From contig KZ538068.1 in the NCBI GenBank assembly GCA_000934665.2, positions 1 to 64,000 on the forward strand: 64,000 nucleotides of DNA, written 5' to 3'. The stretch is from Catajapyx aquilonaris (taxonomy: Eukaryota). Positions 52,451-64,000 of the stretch are shown here, piece by piece. The first letter of the stretch is position 1. Each line of letters starts with the position of its first letter. Below the pieces are notes generated by a model. The model had not been told where the DNA came from and did no database searches. It worked only from the letters and a program-made list of their open reading frames with translations. Made by a program: the position numbers and the translations under genes.

Positions 52451-55400
52451 CAGGAATATCGATATGTATCAAGAAGCGTAGTTTTGAAATTATGGCGTAG
52501 TGTTTCCCTATAAGAAAGGGGCTCTCAAGCAGGAAACAAATATTCACAAACATGGTCTACTAAACGATGAACACACTTTTTATTGTATGAGTGATATGTG
52601 GAGGATATAAATTTCTGACCTTGACATCCTTCTTGTAACACCGGCTTTAATTCTGCTTAAACTGAAGTAATATGTAAATTATACATCTGCATGCCAAGCG
52701 GCAAATGCTAAATGCAAACACTTGGTATGTTTGCACATTGTTTGCACGGTGGCTGTATGGTTTGAGAGCGTGTAAAGAATGGGTTGTTGAGATTGGAGAA
52801 GAAAGGACCTTTCCACATATATCAAGTTGGTCCGTGGAAATATAAAAATAAAGCACAGTTTATTCAACTACTGACAATGCAGTAGGGAAAACCCATCAGC
52901 ATTGCCAACACCCATAGGCCTCATACACTAAATATTCATTGAGAAATATGTCCATTGTGTACAGGTCATCAAGTGACCTTCAAATTTTTTTTGCAATATT
53001 ATAATGGCAATGGCACGACATTTAGAGGATGTAGAAATCTGAACCAGCACAGCTTTCACATATGAGAGTTAGCTCTCCAGATCTGGCGAATAATATTCAT
53101 ATGCTCACATGAGTTTTCTGAAGGTCACGGTCATTTTCTTCCATATTATTCCTTCCTCGTAGGAGGCATTAGTTGCCCCAGCTCATCCAATGAAACCAAA
53201 CTGCACCACTATATGGGACTATTAATGCAATGTACAGTAATTCAATAATATATTAATTCTTAGTAGAAAATGTGAAAAGTTCATCATCAAGGTTGGTTGA
53301 AATATTTTACCTTTTCTAACTGTACACGACATGTGGATGTATGTTACAAAAAAAATCACGCCTGCCATATTACTCAGGCATGTCATATTGGAACAGACAT
53401 GTAAACTTGAATTGCACTGCAAATGTTGGCATCGGATCGGATCCAAAGAATAGTTTCCACTTTGTGTGGAAAAATATTGATAAAATGTTCCCACATCAAT
53501 GAGCGGCGGCACTCTTTGAGCACAATTGGAGCTCTGCCGCGCGTGCATGTGTGGCCATCACCAAAGTTTCAAAAAAAAAAGAAGCAGTGAGAAATCGATC
53601 ACACGTCCAATTAATTAAAAAACTTTGTTAGCAAAAGTTTAGAATGTGAAACCCACATTCGTAAGATGTGGTATGTAGATCCTGGGATTGCCTAATAGTG
53701 TACACATTCTCAGGTTTCAAGCCCAGGCCTAAGGACCTCCGATTTGCCCAATTCCGTTAATAATGTAAGCTGCAATGGTCCCACTCGAGCTGCTGAATTC
53801 ACATATGGACTCTAGTTTCCTGTTTCCGCCTGTTGATAAGGCGAAATTGTCTTTGCAACGCATTCCATTTGCAGATCCCGCTTTTCCCCGAGCTCTTCAT
53901 TCCATTTCGGCTGGTGTTTTTGGGGGGAGGCTAGCACAGTTTTGCTGGTCCCTGATACAGGGCTAGCTATCGCAACGGAATGAACAAAATGTTACCTGCA
54001 ATTTTCATCCAATCTGGTCACGGAAAGCCTCATCCCATTCGTCCCGCAGCGAAAAACTGTGCCACGTTGAATATTGAAAACAAATGACCACGCTGCCACT
54101 CGGTTCTGGCAAAATGCACTCCATATTCGCGATATAAAAGAAGCACCAAAATTGAATTATGCTATTCATGCTATCACAAAATAAATTTTTGGCTGTCGTC
54201 ACTCAATAGAGTGTACCTGATTTTATCAGTATTCGATGCAGCTGTGTCACATGTTGTGTACTATTTCCTTTGTCGGCTTTCATATGTTACAATTACATGT
54301 ACAGGTTACACATGTGGGATTATTCACTACGGTATTGAGATATATTATGTGCAATGTATCTGTTGTTAAATTTGAAAGCTTGTTAATTATGAATTTTAAA
54401 TGTTATGTAAGTTAATTACGAATATGGCAACAACTTTATTCTACGGTATGCAATTATTTGATTGATTCTGAGCTAAATGTGCACCAGTATCATTGTCAGG
54501 CTTGTTTCACTTTGACGTGATAAATCAAGTGGAAAAAAGCGAGAGTAAGAATTGCAGACGTCTTCATATCGGACATTTTCATTATCGCCTCTTCCATTAG
54601 CCACGTCCACGATTGTCGAGATGATTTTTTACCCCACTTTTTACAACAGAACTATAAATCCTGCCTCAAGTTAAGTCTAAAAATACAATTTAAGATAGAA
54701 TGGAAGGGGTTGTAGTGTATTGCTGGTGGGTTAGAAGAAGAAAAAACAGCACTTTCATCTTCTGAGGTTGCTGAGGGCTGCCCGAAGAGGCGGTTCCGGA
54801 GGTCTGTGGCAATTGAAACCGCTCACTAACTTGATCGATCTTCGGAAGTGGGGAAACTCACAGGTAAGCCCGCATCATTTAATCCTCTTAAGTCTATAAA
54901 TGATACGAACGCTACCTCGGCTTTTCCTTATGGACATATTTGGATATGTGACTTTACTAAGTTTGCAAGCCCAACTCGGTGATCCGCTAGATGTCAGGAT
55001 ACGCCACAGTGACATCTAGCGGATTACATCAAATTTCACGCTTTCTGATCGTCAGCACAATGTTAGTACACATATTCTCCAAATGCAGTCTAATTAAAGC
55101 CAATCTCATCAGCATTTTTTTTTTCCTAAGGCGGAAGTGTGACAAAACAAGTCACGCTCGACGCGATAAGCGCAGCGTGGTATCCAAGAGGAAGTCTCTG
55201 CTTTCCATTTGGGGGAGCAAGGGGGGAGAGCTTGAAGGGGAAATCTGTCGAAGGCAGAAACGTTGGTTTGTGTCATGTCGAGCGCCTCCAGAGACGATTT
55301 CGCTGCTGCTCCTCATCACGATGTGACACTCACCGCCGCACGTTGCCAAGTCTATTGTCATACCGGAGCACCGTTGCTGGCATTTATCATCCGATTTCTC

Positions 55401-56110
55401 TGCCACTATCCGCCAAAAACAATGGGTGTTCTCCAAATCAAATAACGTCGTTTATCCCGCCGCGTCTGTTCGCGATTCGGCAATTTTTGTGCCATGCTGA
55501 ACATCACGATATATCTGATATAATGTTTCCAGGCTGTCACGATCGAGGAATGGACTGCCTGCAGGGGAAGCGCCTGACGACACATCCAAATGCAATCTTT
55601 GCTGGTTTGGAAAGCTGTTCCAACAGGTCGTACAAAGTACGAGTGTATCTATCAATCACCGGTTTTATCTATGGCGTTACCTTTCGATGGTTTTTTTGTG
55701 AAGTAGTATTTAATAGACTAATATTATGGCGTGACATTTGTGCAATGAATACAAGCGAAAATATAAACAAGTACGCAACACTCTTAAATACTGCACATGT
55801 ATACAAACATTGCAATAATGCGTTATTTTAAATATTTTGATAGATCTTCAATACAATTTGAGCGAATTGTCACTAGCTTCTCCTGAAAATTGAACTTCGC
55901 CGTTTTCCGAAATGTTAGTTCCAATCGTTCAAAATATTGATAAATTTGCTCCAGTCATTTTTGCAATTATTTCAAGAAACGCCGATTAAAATGTTAACTG
56001 ATTTCACCATTGCAGCTAGAAATTTGCTCGGAATATTTTAGTATACCGTACGTATAGACTATGAACTAAATAAGCTAAAATTAATGCAGAATCTTGAATA
56101 CTGACCAGCC

Positions 56111-56358
56111 TACTGACCAGCCAAGCGGGAGGTACGGGGTTCAAATCCCGTCTCCGTCACCTTCACTTGTTCAGGTTTTTTTCCACCATATCCGGGCAGA
56201 CTTGCATTCCCTTCTCTGCCCAGGGCCAAGAAAAAAGGTCTGGTATTTAAGAGGGTCAGAAATGACTAGAAACTAATTAAGAGCGCCCTTCCTTGGGAAC
56301 CTCCCCCCCCCCCAAAAAAAGGGCCCAAGGCCCTATCATGGGGTATTACAAAGAAAAA
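56111..56358 (+). mobile_element. 5'-truncated tRNA-Gly-like SINE (family A)
   Basis: Collinear similarity with about 60073-60300; B box GGTTCAAATCC; 3' end GCCCTATCATGGGGTATTACA followed by an A-rich stretch; A box missing. Confidence 0.85.
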
Positions 56359-57844
56359 TGGCAGCACACATTTTGTTTGTCGGTATCGTTGCTTTGTTAT
56401 TCTTTGAAAATTTGCATCCTTCCGAGACATCCTCTTCTCTACCATCTTCTCTCTCCCTATGCTAAAAACACAATGGAAAATCCACCCCCAGCATCAAGTT
56501 CTTCGATATTTTCTCTCAGCATTTGCAACGGCACCCGGGTAACCTGATGCTAATTACAAATTAGCTAGTCCGCAACGAGCAAAACTTTTGCAAAAATTGG
56601 AGACGTCGAGTGTAAATAGGCACCAGCGCAGCAGTTGGCCCTACGGACGTCATATGTAGCCTACACCAACCGCACAACCCCTGCAAGCACCTCTTATTAT
56701 TAGCCTGGGACCACTCTTGTCCCTGTTGCAATATCGTCCACATTCCTGCCCAGATTGGTCTTCTAATCGAACCTAATACATCATAAAGGAGAAGCGAAGT
56801 GGCTTCAAATCTGATTCATCCTGTTTCTATGGTGACATAGTCGCAATCCCTTAAAAATAGGTGGCTTAATGAAGCACCTTAGCTTTTTCTTCGACGACAA
56901 AGCTAGTCGGCAATAATTTGGATGGCTTCTTTTTATTCACGGTTTTTTTTATATTCCAAGAAGGCCTGTCCATTCCCGCTTTGTGGAGGCGGATTAGTTT
57001 CCATTTCCAAAATAACATTAGGCTTCCAAACCATCGCGGAAATAAGGCGGAGGCTCCTCCGTCTCCCGTCGGTCGCTCTTAATGAGGGACATGAACTCAA
57101 TCTGGCCCCCCAAGCTCCCAGGCCGCCTCGGCTGAAAGCAAATGAAATGAGACGCAACTGAAAGGGAAGGGGGGAGACAGAGGGGGAAGGAGGGGAGATG
57201 GAGCAAATGCTCAACTTGTCCTCAAGGACGGAAGAAACGCGACCGAGGAAGGAAGGGTGTAAGACATGGGTGGGACCAAGTGCAAATAGATGCCCAGAGG
57301 TGAATGTAAGCAGTGGGTCCAAATGTTGACTAATTACATGATAAAAGCAAAAAAAACAATTGGTCAGATATTGAACAAAACCTATAGAGCAAGTACAAAT
57401 GGTTCATTTCATTTCGCTCCATACATCATCAATATTAATAAATATTAAACTGTTGGTGAGATGTGAAAGATATTTTTCTTCTCATGAAACGTTTATGTTT
57501 TGACACGTGTTGTCGAAAAAAACTCTTCAAACGTGCAGTGTTCCACAGTCTGGTCCACACGAGGCAGCCACTCATTTAAATATAGCCCCCCATTTAATAT
57601 TTGACTCTACAGGCTGTCGCGTCCATCCGTGTGAGCCAACATTGGACATGAAACATTACTGACAGTATGTAATGGGCGGAATGATGGAAAATTTCAGGTC
57701 TAATTTTTCAAATCTGCTTCATGTTATATTATGCTCGCGTTAAGCTACGGCTCATCTAACATGCTAGCATAGGCAGACCATGCACAATATTACTAATAGA
57801 ATCCGTTAAAATTTCAATATGTTTAGTAAATGAGGCTACATAGT

Positions 57845-58073
57845 TACAGAGTACCCACTGTATAACTACTAAAAAAACACAGTAGGGTTTCAAAATAGCA
57901 TTTCTTTTGTACCGCACTGAACCAACCGATCTGATTGGTAGAGAATTGGGTAGTGGCTCCACCAATCAGATCTGTTGGTACAGTGCGGTACAAAAGAAAT
58001 GCTATTTTGAAACCCTACCATGTATTATTATTAGTATTTTTTGGAGAAGTTAGGATGTGGGTAGCCTACTGTA
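57845..58073. mobile_element. Palindromic MITE with 62-bp inverted arms
   Basis: 57882-57943 and 57957-58018 are reverse complements with 3 mismatches and a 13-nt loop; outer ends TACAGAGTACCCAC and GTGGGTAGCCTACTGTA match the 4415-4591 copy. Confidence 0.8.
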
Positions 58074-60045
58074 CTCTCGTACAGATTGTTTGCCCTAACC
58101 TTTTTTACTAACAAATGAAGAATCCGAAATGATCGTACCCATTCTGCGACATCACCCTTGAAACATAATTCACCTCCAATTTTGTCCCTCTCACCAGCCA
58201 TATTAGCGTACCAACCCATACAAAATTGGGTGTCGTTTGTACTCGTCGCACAGGCTGGCCCCCCAGGCTCATCAAACTGAAATTGCCGGGTCCATCCCTC
58301 TAGAAAACCCTTGCTCATCCCACCTGCAACCACGGGGCTAAAGAGGTCTTGCGGGCCTGATGAAACTTTAACTAGCAGCAACGTTTTCCGCCGAATTATT
58401 CAGCAGCCGTGGTCATTGCATAACGAGCGCGACAATGCACTTCATCCGGTCACAATGCCGCCATTCATGTTGCATGTCTGCAGCCTTCTCTTATATGGCA
58501 GCACCGAGGGTACAGAGCGAAGCTTTTGTGAGGTGGACTCAAGTTCCATGTCGGGATTGGAAGGTTTAAAGGTGACCCGGTTCCCTGCTCTCTGGCTTTT
58601 GTAACTCTTTTTTGTTCCAAGACAAATGGTCCGAACTGGACTTTATCGACTGCGGAGTCCGGTCTGTGTCCTAATTGTGCTTGCGATAAATTTGAGGGAA
58701 AAAAGAAGACAACTTGCAGCTTCGATTTACCCTGTGGCAATCAGTGGGATACAAATTGCTGGACAACTCTGGACATTCCAAGAGGTGGCTGGACTTTTCG
58801 CCCCCGGAATTTTCGCCCCCCGGTGTATCAAGAGATGGCGCTGCTTGGACCAACAGGCATTTCTGGCCATTATCTACATTTCCCCTCTCTTCACAAAAAA
58901 AAGGATCTCTTTGGCAAGCAGGAGCTTCCCAGACTACAAAACAGCGTCTCCATTATTTTATAGCGCATCCCTAGCCCCCCCGCCATTATGGCCCAGCCAA
59001 CCCCCTTCCCTGCCTTAATTTGCCTTCTTGATTAAAAACTACACCCAGACTTAGTGCGGACCAGGGGGCATGCCTATTTCCATGTTCCTGCCTGCTGCTT
59101 ATCTCCAAATTGCCCTTTTCCAAGACTTGTTATGCTCCTCAGCCGTACGTTTGGCTCGGGGCGGGCGGAGCGGGCAGGGGCGGGCATAGGGGGCGGGTGG
59201 GCCGCAGAGGAAATGAAAAATTCGGCAACTGCTGTCAACACAAGTGAAGCGGAAGAGACAATAGGCAGGGGACTGAAAAATGTTCGGGGAAGACCCACTG
59301 ACAGGGGGTTGTAAAAAAAAACTTTCAGGAACATGCCGATATGAGTCAGTGCCAGGGGCGTAGCTTCACATAAGGGAGGGAAAAATAAACATAGGGGGGG
59401 ATCTGGCAAAAAGGCAATTTCCATCCCTTGCAACTTCCTTCGCCCTAATCTCTTCTTCAGCCAGGAGAGGGCCAAGGCGCTCCGCAAACATGCTCTAATT
59501 AAGCTAGATCTTTATGGTATACCGAGGTCTGCAGGGTTCTCATCTGGAGATGCCATGCAGCAAAGTTTGTAATACGCGTGCAACGGATTAACAAAACTTG
59601 AGTTCCAAGTATTGAGAAATGCGACGACGACTTGACGGCTTTCACCGACACAACCAGCAAATAAACAATAGCGCAAGTGTGGAGAACCGGCTGCACTATG
59701 ATCTTTCCGGATGGGGAGGGAAGGAGGCCCTTTTCCTACTTCCCCCATTTTGTTTTATGCGCCTCTAGCATACATTCTCCTAATTAACGAAAGAGCTTGT
59801 TTGCAGACTTCCAGATGCCGATGTCTAACGCTGCGCTCTAAAGACGTTACAGTTCTCCTTTGTAATGACGACCTGCGATGTACAGTGCACTACTTGGATT
59901 TGTCCTGTAATTTTAGGAGGTGTGAAAGCTCTAATATTATGTCAAAATGGTATTTTTTTAAAAGACTGACTTAATTTCTTACTAATGATTTGTTATTTTT
60001 AATGTTTGGATACGTTTTTGTCAGTTAAAATTATTTGTTTTAAAT

Positions 60046-60311
60046 GGGGCGGGGTGGTCTAGTGGCTACGCTCTGGCCAGCCAAGCGGGAGGTCTGGGTT
60101 GCAAATCCCGTCCCCGTCACCTTCGCTTGGTCGGGTCTTTTTCAGATAATCCCCCGACATGTCCCTTCTCTGCCCAGGGCGAAGAGAAAAGGTATGGTAT
60201 TCAAGAGGGTCATAAATGACTGCCGTACTTACGAGCGCCCTCCATTGGGAACCTCCCTCTCCTCGCTAAGAGGGCCCCTGGCCCTATCACGGGGTATTAC
60301 AATTTTTTTTT
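60046..60311 (+). mobile_element. Full-length tRNA-Gly(GCC)-like SINE (family A)
   Basis: A box TGGTCTAGTGG, B-box variant GGTTGCAAATCC, and a head resembling eukaryotic tRNA-Gly(GCC) (GCCAGCCAAGCGGGAGG versus GCCTGCCACGCGGGAGG), followed by an about 180-nt non-tRNA body shared with 56111-56358. Confidence 0.87.
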
Positions 60312-63300
60312 AAAAATTCATTGGGTTCAATTGGGTGTTTAAATTTTAATTATTGCAGTATTCAGTTGGTATTACATCCCAATAAAGCATTATCAACATC
60401 GACCTTTAGATACGGTATCGCATGGACTCAGTGTACCAGTAAGAGACATAAGTGGAGTGTATCAGCCGTGATATGCGATTCGTAATGAGTCATGCTTAGA
60501 CAGTGTCCATTGCGCATTAAGGCAGTGTCATGTGCATTGCGTAATCATGAATATTCAGGCTGATATTACTTCCAGAATCAACACTGCAGGTATTTCCAAG
60601 GGGCTCCCTAAGCACGTAAATTCGAAACGCACCACTGTGCGTAATAATCCTCAAACAGTCCCTAGAGAGGGTGACAAGTAAGATGATTAATGAGCCCTTA
60701 ATGCGTCAACTGTCCTTAATGAGCACACAATAAAGGTGTGTCGTAGACAGCAAACTCGCCAACCCCATCTGCAGACAGGAAGCGTATTTGATTACAGTCG
60801 ACACCTTACACACTTGACCTTTGGACCGCCCCTTATCACCAGGAGATAGGAGTTTGGCTGACTTTAAAAAAATGTAAAATAGGTTAATGATGGTGTGACT
60901 CATCTGGGGTGTCCTATTCAGGCACTTAAAACATGATATATATTTTTTTGAAAAACCATATGTGCATACCTACATGCATGGTCTTCTATACAGAGAAAAT
61001 GACCCTTAAGGCGTTACTACCCTCCCTGGTCCCCTCAGAAAAACACCATAAGTGATGACCATCGATCCAGATTTTTAGCAGTCAGGCCCTCTCGCGGACA
61101 TATTGCGGTTCATCAGCGGCCCTCCCCAGTTCCCTGTAGCATGCAGTTAGGTATATGGGGAGATTTTCCCAGCAGCGCATAGCGGCTATCCTCATCTTGC
61201 AGTGGGATCATGTGTGCGTGGTTTATCTTGCACGGGCAAAAATTCACACGATGAATGGGATGGCAGGACATGTTTTGCCATCCAGACTTTGCGCTCGGGC
61301 CTTCTCCTCTCATGTTGCCTACCATTATGGAAATGAGACTCTACATGGATTTTGAATGACGATAGATACGGTACTCCAGGGCCAAGTCTCAACACCACCT
61401 CTTTAGCAAACATCTCCCTCCCCTTTCGTTCAAGCTATACACGTGTTCTAGGGATCAGCTTCGAGAACGTCCTGCTCTTAATTCCACGCCGCGCCCTCCC
61501 AACAATGCTAATAAAACCGGTAATAACATGAAAGATAGGCTGCCAGATAATAAAGCCCGGTAATGACTAACGAGGGGGAAATTAATGTTCAGAATGAAAC
61601 AATAATCCAATAACTACCTAAACGTTCTCGCTCATGAAAATGAAATAATAATCAGAATGTTAATCTTACATTAGGCGTCTGCGTGCTCTGGGGTTTGCTG
61701 GTTTTTTTAATTCGCCTATAATTCGAGAAACTATATGATTGGATATACCATATGTGGAGTGTCAGTACTCGTATATGCTAAAATGAGGCTTAAAATGTGT
61801 TTAAAAATATTATCGGCTAAAAATTATTTGTCTCTTTTTGATAAATGTTACATGCCTTGAGGTACACGAAATGCAATTACTTGGTATAACTCAAAGTATT
61901 TTATTTTTGCACTTTTGTCCATTTACTCAGATGGTATATGTCTATAGGACACACTTCGGAAAAGTAAGCAAAGTTTCCTGAAGAGATTTCTTGGCCCACA
62001 CTCAGGGCAGGCCCCAAAATCGATGCAACGAAGCAGTCTAAACGTCTTAAAATAAACCTCCCATCAAGACCTGCGAATTGAACCGGATATCCTCAGAGAC
62101 AATAAATTAGTCGTTACAGTTGATTCAAGTCTGTTCACGTCAATTTCTCCCCCCAATTTTCCCGATCTCAATTAGAAAAAAAACTTGATTTGACAAGAAA
62201 GCACGTCAGCCCGATAGGGGTTCTTCGAAGCAATTGGCCACGACTTTCAACCAGCTTTGGGCCTCTTGTTGGAAATGCAAACAGACAGCCAACTCTGATT
62301 GCCAATTACGTCCTCCGATTGTTGCCAGATATTCTAATGGGGCGTATAATACCATTTGAATTCGGCATTTTTTCTGTGTGGGGTTGGTGGTACATCACGC
62401 TTGGTGGTAACTGTTGCCCCCTCTAGAGTCCGGATAAGAAGCACCATTCACAGCACGTGCCTTTTCCTTCGAGCGAAATTTTAGTCGCCAACTTGGTTCT
62501 TCCTCCGTAGCCCCCCTAGAAGTAAAGCTCCATCTGAGAGGTCGTCTGGGTCTGCTCAGCACGTCCAAACCCCAGTAACATTGTTAGGAAATTTACGCTG
62601 CTTCTGTCTTTGGAGTTTTGCACGCGGACCCCTCCCACCATGTCCCAATTCTCTCATTTCGTTGTCTTTCAGAGCCTGCCTGCAAACTCCCGAACCCCAC
62701 TTTCCTGCAGAATGACTGCAGCCTTCCATCTGATGGAAGAATAAAAAGGCTCCAATTCGCCTAATCCAATCCAAACGCTACTACGTGTACTACCGTTTCT
62801 ATACCCTATACTGCTGGCCTATAGATCTGCTGCTTTTTGAAGGAGGGATGTTCCAACATAGCTTAGAACAGCAGTAGAATGAATCGTTCTCTAAGAAAAT
62901 AATTATTTTATTTGCGAATTTGCAGAAGAAAACACTATATTACACAATATCGCTGAAAATTTCTGGATAACTTCAGGCAGTTTGCCGATAGGTGGTGGGG
63001 TAATCGCATAAAGCGCCCTCTTCCAGCCAGACCTCCGAACTAACGGTAAGGCAATCATTTCCGCGTTTTTGGATCATTGATTGTAGGATACAAAAGTGTC
63101 GAAGAGTTCCACCCTTCCGTTTCCAAACTGCACCCTTTCCTGTGCGAGGTTGGTCAAGCGGTTCTTATCTGTCAGTCACAGTCATTGCCGCCGAAAAACA
63201 ATGGGAAACCCCGAACCGGTGTCAATGGTCTTGGGAAAATGGCTTCTTCCACTGGGTGGAACTCTGAATCGTGACAAATTCTTCTTATATTCAACCTCGA

Positions 63301-64000
63301 TTTCAATTGCGTGTAACTGTTGCTGTGATTTATAATCGTTTGTTTTTATACAGGTGAGGCCAAGGTTGCGCACCTGAGGAAAAGTAGCATTTACGCTTGA
63401 TCGGCATACAAATGACGTCATGTGCATAAGGTCATGAACGTGACACTCTGACGCGCCTGGACAAACACCTACATTATTTATGCTATTATAAACATGCCAA
63501 AAAAGGACATATTAGTCATTAAAAGAAACCTTGCTTATTTCCTGTATGTAGTTGGCGTATTGCGTTATTTACACCACCATGTTCTGCTCTATCACCTAGT
63601 GAAGTCCATTTAGTTCATATGATTTTATGCATTACATGAATTTTTTCTTCATGCTTTTGGCTACTTATATGCATACACTTGGCCCCGTTTCAAAAACAAT
63701 CCGCAAGAACACTGCCAGCCTCTCATTACTTTAGTCTCCAAATCCGTGTAGGTACCTCCCATCCCCTTAAATCCTAAACAGTACTTTGGAGACCAAGCAG
63801 ACATGGGGTGGGAGTCGACAAACGACTCCAAGTCTCCTGATTTAATTTAACGCCACAATTCATTTCGATTTTTGAGATAATTGGGCTAATTATCTGAAGA
63901 AACCCCCGCCATAAACTTTGAGGACCCTTCTGCGTCCTCTACTACAACTCCGGGCCATCATCCCCGCGTTGCCAAATTCAGGCTAAATACACAGGACCCA

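Noticed and set aside
60046..60119. Functional tRNA-Gly gene
   Set aside because: Insertion in the T loop, imperfect stems, and a long 3' body shared with a second copy identify it as a SINE head.

Overview
This is eukaryotic, most likely arthropod, genomic DNA with two assembly gaps. It holds the 5' part of a muscleblind (mbl/MBNL) gene on the minus strand. The only supported coding sequence is the first coding exon: ATG at 1260, 62 codons encoding CCCH zinc finger 1, and a GTAAGT donor after 1075. A strong acceptor at 1665 makes this a 591-nt exon with about 405 nt of 5'UTR, the positional equivalent of the exon that forms circMbl/circMBNL1. The rest looks like a very long regulatory first intron (about 48.5 kb) leading to a candidate non-coding first exon and GC-rich promoter at about 50.2-50.5 kb. 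That call is supported by a splice donor, an apparent strand-skew flip and a sharply CpG-depleted block just downstream. The non-coding DNA contains two tRNA-derived SINE families that share a 3' tail (one copy with a 17-bp TSD), several palindromic MITE-like remnants, a Helitron-like end, minisatellites and clusters of TF-like motifs. All other ORFs in the track look spurious. All counts were made by hand; no database search was run.
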